Below, piece by piece: positions 42,593 to 53,251 of a DNA stretch of 64,000 bases. Each line of letters begins with the position of its first letter. Within the stretch, counting starts at the first letter, position 1. Both the position numbers and the translations under genes were made by a program. The notes below the pieces were generated by a model. It had not been told where the DNA came from. It searched no databases and worked only from the letters and a program-made list of their open reading frames with translations. Source of the DNA: Histomonas meleagridis 2922-C6/04-290x (lineage: Eukaryota > Protista > Parabasalia). The DNA is taken from contig JAANOX010000083.1 in assembly GCA_020184695.1 (NCBI GenBank), positions 416,870 to 480,869 of the forward strand, given 5' to 3'.

Positions 42593-44362
42593 ATGTCCAG
42601 ATATAAGCGTCAATCCGCTGTTATAAACTTTACATTTCACACATTACATCTTGAAAAAGAGCACAAAGAGCCATTCCAAATTGAGTGGAAAAGACATGGA
42701 TCTGCAGGATATACAGAAAAATCATTTGTAAATGATGAAAAAGAAGTTGTTTTTGAAAAGCACTTCCGATGTAAGGTAACAATGTATACATCATCAAATA
42801 AAGCGCGTCCAAAAATGATCAATTTTACTGTCTTCATTTTTAAAGCTGGAAAAAAGAAAATTTTTGGAAAATTCGAAGTTGATGTTTCCCAATTTTATAA
42901 CGTTAGTACTCCAACAACTATTAACATCCCAATTCAAACACCCCATTCCGGAAGAAATGAAGCTTCAATTACATTTTCTTCAACAACTAATCAAACAGCA
43001 TTTGCAGGCAGTGGAACAAATACTGATGATAACCTTACCTCTATGTCTGAAGCCATTCAACTCACCACAGATATTCAAGATGATTGGGATGTTAGTGATA
43101 TTGTTTCACAAAATGACAAAGAAAAAATCAACAAATTTTTCCAACAAAGACATGACGAACGAGAAGAAAGGCGAAATAATTTAGCACAATTTGCGAAAGC
43201 CAATCCTTCTCGTCTTTCATCTCGGAACAAGCTTAAACATGCAAGCGTTGGTGTTTCTCACCACGATCATGTTGCTTCAAGTGGTAGTCTTAGTGCATTT
43301 TTAACACAGAAGTCAAAAGCATCACCAAATCCAATTTCTTTACCAAACAAACCGACACCTGAAAAAGTCAATCCTTTACCACATGCACTTGATCTTATCA
43401 AGTCTATTCTTTCTCGTATGTGGGATGAATCGCCATTAAATTTTTTGTCCACCCCGAAATCGGTTTCAGCGGTTATTTCGGTTTTCACTCATCTTAACGT
43501 CTTCGAGCCCAACACTTTTACTGATGAAGAATATTTCCAAATCATCACAGAGTTTAATGCCATTTATAAAGAATCTAATCTTATTAAGGATGGTACATTT
43601 CTAGAACGATTTATCATCTCACTTAATATTTTGTCATGCATTCAAACCGATCTCCGTTTTGATCAAGATCGAGTTAAATCATTTGTTAGTTTTTTCTCGC
43701 CAATAGTTTCAGGTAATTTTGATCTTTATATTAATTCATTATCACCGCAATTTCAAGACATTCGAAGTTGTATTATCAATTTAACGTTTACTGATGTTAA
43801 ATTTCTTATTGAGAATTACAACAAAAAAATACAAAAAATCACAAAACAAATTTATCTTTTACCTAAAATCATTGAACTAATACAACAACAAATTAATAAT
43901 GTCATTGATTCGAAACTTGTAGAACAATTAATTGAAACGCCAAATAAATGTACATTTAGTAATGCGATTCAATGGAATTCATTCATTACAATTCTGGATG
44001 GCGATTATAGTATATATTTGCCACTGTTTCGTGAGGCTGTGTCCGTTTTAATGATGTCAACTTCGTTATGCGCATCGCCTGAAATTAAGGCCGATATTAT
44101 AAAGTTGTTGACGCCTTTAACAGTATTAAAAATTTTGGAAATACAAAAACCGGACGAACTAATGCCAGTGGAGAATAACGTAAGCGACTTCTGCGAATAC
44201 TTCGGATTAAGTCATGATATGGAATTCAAGCCAATAAATGTGAACTATGAAAATGGATTCGATGACGAAATATTGAAATGTTTGCCAAACGAATGGATAC
44301 AAAATACATTTCCAAAAGAAATATTGGACGAATTCCCTTTTATGAATATGTTTTTCGCATAA
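42593..44362 (+). CDS. NT-C2 (EEIG1/EHBP1-type) domain protein with C-terminal Dilute-like domain
   Basis: FTFHTL..PFQIEWKRHG..G.T..FE..F..KVTMY..KKKIFGKFEVDVSQF; C-terminal QWNSF..LPLFREAVSVLM..LTP..V.KIL....PDE. Confidence 0.65.
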   Translation: MSRYKRQSAVINFTFHTLHLEKEHKEPFQIEWKRHGSAGYTEKSFVNDEKEVVFEKHFRCKVTMYTSSNKARPKMINFTVFIFKAGKKKIFGKFEVDVSQFYNVSTPTTINIPIQTPHSGRNEASITFSSTTNQTAFAGSGTNTDDNLTSMSEAIQLTTDIQDDWDVSDIVSQNDKEKINKFFQQRHDEREERRNNLAQFAKANPSRLSSRNKLKHASVGVSHHDHVASSGSLSAFLTQKSKASPNPISLPNKPTPEKVNPLPHALDLIKSILSRMWDESPLNFLSTPKSVSAVISVFTHLNVFEPNTFTDEEYFQIITEFNAIYKESNLIKDGTFLERFIISLNILSCIQTDLRFDQDRVKSFVSFFSPIVSGNFDLYINSLSPQFQDIRSCIINLTFTDVKFLIENYNKKIQKITKQIYLLPKIIELIQQQINNVIDSKLVEQLIETPNKCTFSNAIQWNSFITILDGDYSIYLPLFREAVSVLMMSTSLCASPEIKADIIKLLTPLTVLKILEIQKPDELMPVENNVSDFCEYFGLSHDMEFKPINVNYENGFDDEILKCLPNEWIQNTFPKEILDEFPFMNMFFA

Positions 44363-44950
44363 AAAATAATTGTAAATAAAAAAAAATTATCTGTAAAAAT
44401 TGTATTTAATGATATGAAAAACATTTGGATGAATTTGTCCAGAAACAAAATTACAAAAGCAATAAAAAAATTATATGTGTTATGTTGCTTCGTTATTTAA
44501 TAGAATATATTTATCCGAAATAACATATTTGGTCAAAAATTGCGTGTAAATGTGGAATCACGACATGCAACTTGTTACTGACCAAAAATTTGAATGTTTT
44601 CTCCAATGTTCAGCAAGGTTAAAAATCGCTTTACAAATTGAAAAAAAGAAAAAAAAAAACAAGTGTCAGCTTCAAATAACAAGCACGTGTACATAATTGT
44701 ATTTATGAAATGATTAATTATAAATTTGCATCACACCTTTTTTAAATAAAAAACATGCGCTTTGTTTTGATGTGAACTATTTTTAATTATGCCTAATACA
44801 ATTATTTTTTGAAGAAATTATGAAAACAAAGTAAAAATTGAAGTGGCACTTTTTATAATTTGCTGTTTTGTTGGCCGACCAAGAAATCACTACACAAAAA
44901 GTGGTAAACGCTATTGAAAATTTGAATTACAAGGTCATCCACTTTGTCTG

Positions 44951-45409
44951 ATGAGGCTTTACGAATCCCCAGTTAACCATGATGAAATGATAAATGATGC
45001 TTATCCATCAAAACCAAATGAAGAAGCTGGATGCTTAGTTTTTGAATCCCGCTACATTGATAAACTTGCTGATGAAGAAGATCCAAATTCAAAATACCAA
45101 GTCATTGATATCGTTGAAAACTTCAACCTTCAACCATATGACATGAAAAAGGCTGCTTTCATGGGATGGGCCAAACAATTCATGCCAATGCGCAAGAAGC
45201 AACTTGAACAATCAAACCCAGGCGCTGTTGACACATTCATGGCAAACGCTAAGAAATTTGTTTCATTTATTGCCAAGCACTTCGCTGATTTTGAAGTCTA
45301 CATGGGACAATCTGGTGATCCGGATGATTATTTAATGTTTGCAAGAGAGGAAGATGGGAAAATGGTTTTCTATTTCCTTGAACTGGCTTGTGATAACTTC
45401 AAATGCTAA
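44951..45409 (+). CDS. TCTP: Translationally controlled tumour protein (TCTP)
   Basis: MRLYE...DEM..DAYP, VIDIVENFNLQ, KAAFMGWAKQFM, F.DFEVYMGQS. Confidence 0.9.
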   Translation: MRLYESPVNHDEMINDAYPSKPNEEAGCLVFESRYIDKLADEEDPNSKYQVIDIVENFNLQPYDMKKAAFMGWAKQFMPMRKKQLEQSNPGAVDTFMANAKKFVSFIAKHFADFEVYMGQSGDPDDYLMFAREEDGKMVFYFLELACDNFKC

Positions 45410-46046
45410 AATCTTTTTCTTATAACTTTTTTTAGATTGTAGTAAATTGAATGGAAAACGAACCCTAGTTAAACGGTCATCAAAACGTATGCGTTTAAAA
45501 AGCTCTATCGGCGGTGGATCGAGTCATTGTATCATATTTCAGTTAATTCATTGCAAATCATCAATACATTGAAACATTAACATCATCCAAAAAATATCAA
45601 AAACCATTTTCTTGATTTATCCTATTAGAAGATATATCAATTCCTAAATTATGTGAACAAATTTCTAATCAACAACTTCGACAAATTTTAGCATGCTTAA
45701 CGTCATTAAAGAATGAAATGATTTAAAGTTCATTTTAAACTTTTAAACGTGATGAAATTCAATATGATAAAGAAGCTCATGAATCAAACATTCCAAAATA
45801 TGATATTACTAATGAAGAATTAATGAAATTTTCGGATTCAATTAATGCTTGTTTTATATTATTAAATGAAGTCATTAAAAAAGCTATTGAATTTTCATGT
45901 TTCAATTTTAATTTTTTATGATAGAAAATGAATTTCACTTTTAGATAAAAAGTTGAAAAATCTCTCTGTTACATCGCTAAGATCTTATTTTTTGGAATTT
46001 CGGGTCAGAAGCTGCATAAAAATTTTTATGCTTTGTATACAATCCT

Positions 46047-46718
46047 TTAAAACATAGCACAAATTTCTTTTTTCTTCTTTGTTTTTACGTTCTGTTTTGG
46101 TTCACCAATTGGTTTACAAACAGGTTCTTTAATAGGATTTCTCATCATTCGAATCAGTTCTGAAAACGCTTCAATTACATTAATGAAATAGAAGGCTGAC
46201 GTTTCAAAGAATTTCACACCAAGTTTTGCTGCTAGGTTTTCCCCTTCCTCTTGAGTTATCCTTGGAGGACCTTCAATGTCGCAAAAATTACCGCAGATAA
46301 CAATTGGTACATTTTGGCTGTTTTTTTCTTTGAAGATAGTCCTACACCAGCCTTCAGCTTCTTCAAAAGACTCTGGATCGATAACTTTGTAAACAACTAT
46401 ATAACCATTTGCTTTTAAATATTCTGGTTTCCACCCTTGGGGACCATAACCACAATAAGCCTTAGTAACCAGAACGTTTGATTCAACATTATCAACTGAC
46501 ATAGTTAAAGAATATTCTTCATCTTCTGTCATAAAACAGCTACAGGGATCTCCCCAATATTCACCCGTAATTTCGTGCACGAGACCTCTTACCATCGTAG
46601 TTTTACCAACATTCCCCCCAAAAACATAAATTACAAATTCAGGACTTTGTGTAATCAAAGCGATACAATAATATATGAACAGTGCACTGTCAATTTCTAA
46701 ACGGTCACTAAAAGTCAT
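46047..46718 (-). CDS. Divergent Ras/Rap-like small GTPase with CaaX box
   Basis: GGNVGKTT, GYIVVYKV.DPESFEEA..W, VPIVICGNFCD, FFETSA..INV.EAF, KKKK..CAMF. Confidence 0.82.
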   Translation of the reverse strand: MTFSDRLEIDSALFIYYCIALITQSPEFVIYVFGGNVGKTTMVRGLVHEITGEYWGDPCSCFMTEDEEYSLTMSVDNVESNVLVTKAYCGYGPQGWKPEYLKANGYIVVYKVIDPESFEEAEGWCRTIFKEKNSQNVPIVICGNFCDIEGPPRITQEEGENLAAKLGVKFFETSAFYFINVIEAFSELIRMMRNPIKEPVCKPIGEPKQNVKTKKKKEICAMF

Positions 46719-49123
46719 TTTTTCTTTAAGGTAGTATGACCAAGTAACAATTCAATTTTAAAGCGCCCGACTTCACTTTCTCTACTTTTTGAGTTAACTC
46801 ATAGAATTATTTGTATCGAATCCTTTACTTTTTGATACAACAATTGACAAGTCAGGTTTCGGCCGAAATAAAAAAAGTTGATGGTATAAACTTATCAAAA
46901 AGTCAATAATGTAAATGACATTAAAAGTCGCTGAGTAAATGAATCAAAAAGTTACTGAAGACGTTTATTTTTAGTGTAAAATTAGACATCGGAGATTTTC
47001 AACAAACGAAAAAAATATTTCATATTTTGTGACTAATATATCCATGAAAGTATAAAAATTTACATAAAAATCAAATAGCCAACTTATAATACCACAAATC
47101 AACAGAATATAATGAATTTGAAAATAAATATTATTTTGAGTTGAAATTAATAAAAAACATAGTTATTTTATTGAAATAGTCTCTTTTCAACAAGAATGAT
47201 TTTATCAATTTTGGTTATTTTTCAACTTATAAGTTCAGGGTTCACAAGATATACCAATTAGATTAATAGAATAAAAAGATGATATATATCTGGATCCAGA
47301 TACCGATACATATCAAAGCAGACCGATGCCACTTTTTGAATGTTTTCAAAAAGTTCGTATAACATTTTTTCTATTAACTAATAGAATTTATTGTATATGT
47401 TCACTCAAAAAGTGGATAAAGTGAAGTCAGGCGCTTTCTCTTGCCATTAATGGAAAGCCAAGAAAAAGAATCTTTACATATGTTAAAAACTCTCCAAAAT
47501 ATCACATTAAACATGAACGAGAGAAGTAATTTGAGTGATGTTCAAATAGCTTTAGATCTTTTTAATATTAATTTTCCATTTTCTTTTAATTTTGTTCTTT
47601 GTCATTCAGTATATTCATCTTTTGTTTCTAGAATGAAGGATTTCAATATTTATTCTGAATTTTTAAAGGCAGTTGAAGCAAAAGAAAAAGAATTGTTTAA
47701 AAATGATTTCAAAATTTTTGATATTTTTTCACATATTCTTCTTATCAAAACAACGCAAGAATCAGATTATCTTTTAGAAAAAAAATATTATTAATGATGA
47801 AATTCTTAACACAAAAAGTCATTTTATTTTGCACGATATAAAACTTTAGATGAACTCAAAAATGACGAATATGAACCTTTTTCAGAACAATTTTTAGATA
47901 ATTATGAAGAACTTTCAAAGAATGCTTGAGAACTTCATAAACAATTAATTAAAGAAGGAATTAATCCAAATAAAATTGCAAAAATAATTCGAAATGATGA
48001 AATAGAAAAACTTCAAGAAATATCATCACGAGATAATTTTAATTTTAATCAAGCAATCGAACCATCACTTTATGAAAGATGTTCATTCGTTAACCAAGAA
48101 AATGTTACATTAATTGATTATGCAGCATTTTTTGGATCAATTAAATGTTTTAAATTTTTACTTATGAATGGTGCAAATGTTAAAAATACAGGTAAATATG
48201 CAATTGCAGGGGGAAACTTAGAGATAATTCATTTATGTGAACAAAATCATTCATCATTTGAAGGCGCATATTCAGCAGCAATTGAATTCCATCGAATTGA
48301 TATTATGCAATATGTTCATGAAAACGAAATTTTAGATGTAAGATATATAGCCGAATTTGGAAGACAATGTATTTATCATAATAACTATGAACTTTTCACA
48401 TATTTCAAAGATGAAGGAATGGAAATTGATGATTCTTTTATGAATGAAGCACCTAAGAATGGAAATATATTTCTTGTTCAATATTTTAATGAAGAGGTTC
48501 AAATAGCAAATGATGTTTTAGTAGCAGCTTCAAAATCAGGTAATTTAGAATTAGTTAAATATCTTATAACACAAAAGAAAATAAATGTAAATGTTAAAGA
48601 TATTCAATATTTCTATTTAATGTTAATTTCGTGGGAAATGGATTTCTTTAAAATATTTAATTTTCATTGGTATTGTTTGATACAGCACTTATAATTGCAT
48701 CAGAATATGAGAATTGTGGCATAGTTAAATTTCTTCTCGAACAAGAAGGAATTAATGTTAGTGCAAGAAATGTTTTTTAGTTTTGTATAAAATATCTTTC
48801 TAAAATTTGATGTGTTTTAATGATATTCGGATTTAATTGTAATCATTTAAAACAGCACTTATTTGGGCATCACAATATAACAATATTGAGATATTCAAAA
48901 TGCTTATTGAACAAAATGATATTGATATTAATTCAAAAGATATTTATCCAACTTTTTTACTGTTCATTTTAATGAATTAGATTTTCTTTTATGCTTATTT
49001 TTATACTGCACTTATGTATGCATCTGAAAAAGGTGAAATAGAAATAGTTAAATTACTTCTTGAACAAAAAGGAATTGATATTAATGCTAATAAAATTTAT
49101 TTGTATTCTTTGATATTTCACAA

Positions 49124-49188
49124 ATAATAAAGGCAACTTTTTAAGACGATGAACTTTGGTCATCGTCTTAAAAAGTTGCCTTTATTAT
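49124..49188. repeat. Perfect 29-bp inverted repeat with 7-nt loop
   Basis: ATAATAAAGGCAACTTTTTAAGACGATGA-ACTTTGG-TCATCGTCTTAAAAAGTTGCCTTTATTAT. Confidence 0.95.
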
Positions 49189-49192
49189 GTGT

Positions 49193-49690
49193 AATTCTCA
49201 TCGACACTTTTTGAAATGAAAAAATTAAAAAAAGTAATTTCGCTCACAATTTTCAATATTGTTTTTAAGTTTTTTTTTTATGAATCATATTTAAAATGTC
49301 ATTGATGGAGCAATTACTTGCTGAAGCTGATACAATATCAGCCGCAAATGTTTCAGCAGGAACGAAAAGTACATATGATAGGCTGATTCATGCTTATGCC
49401 AAAGTGATGATAAATCTAATACACGAAGAACCATTTCCTATTACTCATGACAAAATGGTTGCATTCATTATATTTAAAAAGAATCAGAATATGAAATGTT
49501 GTACGTTACTAGCTTACATTAATAGTTTTACACATTATTTTCAGTAGACATGAGCAGAGCTGGTATGGAAATTTCAGAGGCACTTTCTATATAAACAATA
49601 AAATTTTTGCAATTTTAAATTGAATTGAAAATTGTGAACGAAATTATTTTTTTTAATTTTTTCATTTCAAAAAGTGGCTTGATGAGAATT
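49193..49690 (+). mobile_element. ~500-bp element with ~65-bp terminal inverted repeats and a truncated tyrosine-recombinase-like ORF (49296-49547)
   Basis: TIRs 49193-49257 and 49624-49690; ORF S.GT.STY.R..PFPIT..M.AFI..K..TL.AYIN resembles the YR N-terminal SAM-like domain. Confidence 0.65.
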
Positions 49691-50140
49691 CAAAATAATA
49701 TTTGAAAATTATTTAAATTATTTAATACAGCACTTATTTTAGCATCTCAAAATGGTCATACAGAAATAGTTAAATTACTTCTTGAACAAGAAGGAATTGA
49801 TAATAATCCTAAAGAGATTTATTTGCTTTATTTGAAACTTATTTTAATAATTCGATATTTTCGGGTAATATTTGGATTTTTTTTAAGAATTTAGAACAGC
49901 AATTATTATAATGGTCACACAGAAATAGTTAAATAGCATTTATATTCAAATATTTTTAAAATTTTCTGGTAATTTAAGTAAATCCGATAAAATTATCATC
50001 ATATGTTTTATCATTTTCCAATTATATTTTACTAGGATTATTTTTAAATTAATTTTTTTAAGATCCAATAGCATTTTGAGAAGCAAATCAAACAATGCAA
50101 AAGTATTTGCAAAACATAAATCTATATTTTATTTACAAAT

Positions 50141-52870
50141 TCATAATGGTTTTGGTATTTGTTCAGGTTTCATTTTATATACATGAAGATATTCGCCATT
50201 TGGTAATTTTCTTGCTAATGCCCTTAGGACTGCTGTTCTTTCTTGGCAAGTTTTTGTGATAATTCCAGCTCTTTTTTGTCCAATTACATTTGCAGATTTA
50301 TCAATAATAACAGAAGCTTTTTCCACTTCTATTAATTTTCTTACTTCGTTTTCATCCCACCCCTGAGGTAAAGGATCTACGATTATTATATTATGCGTAA
50401 CTTGAGTTTCACCAAAATAATAAATTCCTTTTGTTGGTTTAGGCACATCTTTCAAGTCCGATATTTCTACCTTTCTCGGACGTAAATATATACCATTTAT
50501 TTCAGTATTTAAAAGAACAGTATATACTTTAGTTATCATTCTAGTACTAAAGCAATATACGATGAGTCGTTTTTTATCAGGATCACAAACTCTAGAGTTA
50601 ATAATATACATTTCATAATCGCCACAATTTTTACATAACTCATTAACAAACTTCTCATTAACACACTCAGGAATTGGATCAATAACAACAGCAAGAATTC
50701 GTGGATCTTTTTTCACTTCTGGAATTGATTTCACTTCAATTATATCCAAATCTTTATTATTTGTATTATATACGAATTCTTGATTAGTTATTAATGAACA
50801 ATTATTATTTTCACTTGTGATAATTGTTTTCACTGTGTCTTGTGAATCAAACATTACGTAACCAATGTTATCTACAATATTATAATCAATTATTTTCCCA
50901 TAATGTTTTAATTTAGAGAAAATTTCATCAATAGATGAAATAGGATTAAGAAGTTTAACCCATTGATTCTTTTGTGACATTTTCCAATCAATCATATCTT
51001 CACGATTACGTACAGATACATAAATTGGTACACCGCAAAGTTTTAAACGATTAAATTTCTTTTTAATTATTTGCGGAATTTCAGGTGATGAAAATACTAC
51101 ATCAGCAACAGATAACATACTTTGATAATATAATTCACGGAAAACTAAATTTCGAATAGTACCATAATCTTTAAAAAGATTAATAAGTTGTTGTTCAGTT
51201 ACATCAAATGATAAATCTCTGATAACAATTCCATAACCTTCTGGAGAAAGAAATGAACTTTCATCTTGCGCTTTATGAGCATCTAAATGACTATAAAATT
51301 GTACATGTGAATTTTGGAGAATTGGATCATAATATGCTTGAAATATTAATCCAAATTTACTATAATGTTCATAAACTGTTTTACTATCATTAAATCCATA
51401 AACAGTTAATTCATAATTTCGCATTAATCGAATTTGCGTTTCATCAGTAAATCGAGTAATTCGAAGTTCATTATTATTAATCTTCATATAATTCATTTCA
51501 TGAAGTATTAACTCGGCTGTTTCAATATTAGGAAATGTTAGAAATGCCGTTTTATTATCACTTTCTTGTCGCGATGGTAATATTTCCACAGACGTAATGT
51601 TCGGAAATGTTTTCATACAATCATTAACAGTAAATGTCGATGGAAGATTATAACATCTTAATTTAGGCAAGAAAAAAGGGAAGTTATATAACTCAAGTGT
51701 TTGTCCATCGACTTCAAAAAAAGGTAAAAAAGTTCGAATTCGATGTGATATTTGAACATTGCGTGGTTCAACTCGACAATATTCGCCATTATAATTCACT
51801 AACTGATCGAACCCAAAACAATAAAAGAAATCCTCAAGAGAATCTTGTGATGCTATTCTTGTTGGAATATTTATGAAATACATTACATCATATATTGTTG
51901 AAAGCTCAGTTGGAACTTGCCTCAATTTTATAAAACTCAAGTCAGAGAAGTTATTTAAATCCAGTTCTTCATATAATGATACAATAAGAGTGAAGGTTCC
52001 ATCATTATTTGGGAAAGAAGATATAAAATCGTAATTTTCGAATAAACTTCTCAAATAAATATGTGAAGTGTTTCCTGTGTAACGTTTGCAAATGTATGAA
52101 AAAGTTTGTTTGACTTCACCTTGCTTCAATACAACTTTAAGATTTGTCTTTCGTTTTTTGGTATTTGTTTGCTTACTTTTATTTCGAACATTTTCACTTT
52201 TATTATTATTGTTGTTTTGTTTTACTTTGATTTGTTGCTGCTTTGGAGATTTGTTTTGTTTGGGAGGAGGAAAATTAGGATATGCAACGTAAAGGGCAAC
52301 AACATCAAATGCTGCATAAAGAACTTGACGAACTGTAAGCGTTGGTGCTTCCCAGTTTGATTTGGTTATTTTAATATCTTTGAACTCAGCTTTTGGAATT
52401 CCTGCAAATTGATGTGTCATATGTACAAAATTCTCAGAATGACCATATGGAATTAGTCTCGTTATGGCAATGTCTTCTAGGTTTTCAGAAAATGTTGAGT
52501 TAAATTTCTTGCGCAATTGTTTTTTGTCATTTACCATACCTTTGCCATAAAATTTGTGTGTTTTGAGAAAATTTGAAATTATAGGATTCCCTGGCCCTTT
52601 TGGATGACGAATGATTAAAACGCATTTGGATGAACAAAATTGAATTAAACATATTTCATCTTCCCACTCAAGGTCAATGGCTAGTTTATTGTTGTCATCT
52701 AGTTCTTTAAGATATTCATCTAATTTATCTGAATCTGTTGATATTAAAATTACTTTAATGAATTTATTTTCAAAAAATTCCACAATTTTTTCTTCACCTA
52801 TCTGCCAATTTACGCTGTTGTAGAAATCTAAATTTGGATATTGTTCTCCAAATTGGATTTTTTCCAGCAT
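50141..52870 (-). CDS. DEDDy 3'-5' exonuclease (WRN/EXD-like) fused to multiple RRMs
   Basis: ExoI AIDLEW, ExoII LEDI, ExoIII YAAFD; RRM-like LRCYNLPS..AFLTF, IVIRDLSFDVTEQQLINLFKDYG, YGKII..IGYVMF. Confidence 0.8.
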   Translation of the reverse strand: MLEKIQFGEQYPNLDFYNSVNWQIGEEKIVEFFENKFIKVILISTDSDKLDEYLKELDDNNKLAIDLEWEDEICLIQFCSSKCVLIIRHPKGPGNPIISNFLKTHKFYGKGMVNDKKQLRKKFNSTFSENLEDIAITRLIPYGHSENFVHMTHQFAGIPKAEFKDIKITKSNWEAPTLTVRQVLYAAFDVVALYVAYPNFPPPKQNKSPKQQQIKVKQNNNNNKSENVRNKSKQTNTKKRKTNLKVVLKQGEVKQTFSYICKRYTGNTSHIYLRSLFENYDFISSFPNNDGTFTLIVSLYEELDLNNFSDLSFIKLRQVPTELSTIYDVMYFINIPTRIASQDSLEDFFYCFGFDQLVNYNGEYCRVEPRNVQISHRIRTFLPFFEVDGQTLELYNFPFFLPKLRCYNLPSTFTVNDCMKTFPNITSVEILPSRQESDNKTAFLTFPNIETAELILHEMNYMKINNNELRITRFTDETQIRLMRNYELTVYGFNDSKTVYEHYSKFGLIFQAYYDPILQNSHVQFYSHLDAHKAQDESSFLSPEGYGIVIRDLSFDVTEQQLINLFKDYGTIRNLVFRELYYQSMLSVADVVFSSPEIPQIIKKKFNRLKLCGVPIYVSVRNREDMIDWKMSQKNQWVKLLNPISSIDEIFSKLKHYGKIIDYNIVDNIGYVMFDSQDTVKTIITSENNNCSLITNQEFVYNTNNKDLDIIEVKSIPEVKKDPRILAVVIDPIPECVNEKFVNELCKNCGDYEMYIINSRVCDPDKKRLIVYCFSTRMITKVYTVLLNTEINGIYLRPRKVEISDLKDVPKPTKGIYYFGETQVTHNIIIVDPLPQGWDENEVRKLIEVEKASVIIDKSANVIGQKRAGIITKTCQERTAVLRALARKLPNGEYLHVYKMKPEQIPKPL

Positions 52871-53251
52871 TTTTGGCTGTGCATAACGGTTAATTGAACG
52901 AACCGAAATTTTGCTTCAGAAAATTTGAAGCGTATTTTAGCCAAATTTTCTTCATATATTTTGCTTTGCGCTATATTTATAGATTTAGAAAAATGACCCC
53001 ATTTCAATGGTGCATTTTAATTGTTTAGAGTTTCTTTTTTCAGCTTGTAAAGTCTTTAGGTTTTTAATGTTAGCATGAAAAGTAATTAAATCCGATTTTG
53101 GTATATAATGTTCGTTAAATATTTTTAAGAAATATATAAAAAATTCAGTTCTAAAAATTCCGGAAATGAGTTTATATAAACATAAAATTAACAAATTTTT
53201 AGTAACGATAAAATTTGCACCACAGCATTTACAACAATTTTTTTCCTTACA

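Larger units (their letters stand above)
47450..49935 (+). pseudogene. DUF3447-type ankyrin gene, disrupted, ending in a spacer-interrupted ankyrin array
   Basis: IIRNDEIEKLQE..FNFNQ.IEPSLYERC..LIDYAAFFGSIKCFKFLLMN..YAIAGGNLEIIHLCEQ; frameshifts near 47785 and 47825, TGA at a likely Trp position (47927), mobile insertion at 49.1-49.7 kb. Confidence 0.8.
48602..49935 (+). repeat. Second 90-nt core plus ~80-nt spacer ankyrin array
   Basis: Cores at 48682, 48852, 49005, 49727; spacers of 80, 80, 63, interrupted, and 79 nt. Confidence 0.9.

Noticed and set aside
47287-47302. 16-bp palindrome TATCTGGATCCAGATA
   Set aside because: Single short occurrence with no supporting context
47927-47929. 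TGA read as Trp
   Set aside because: TGG is used for Trp throughout, TGA terminates genes at 26648 and 57759, and the gene has other lesions
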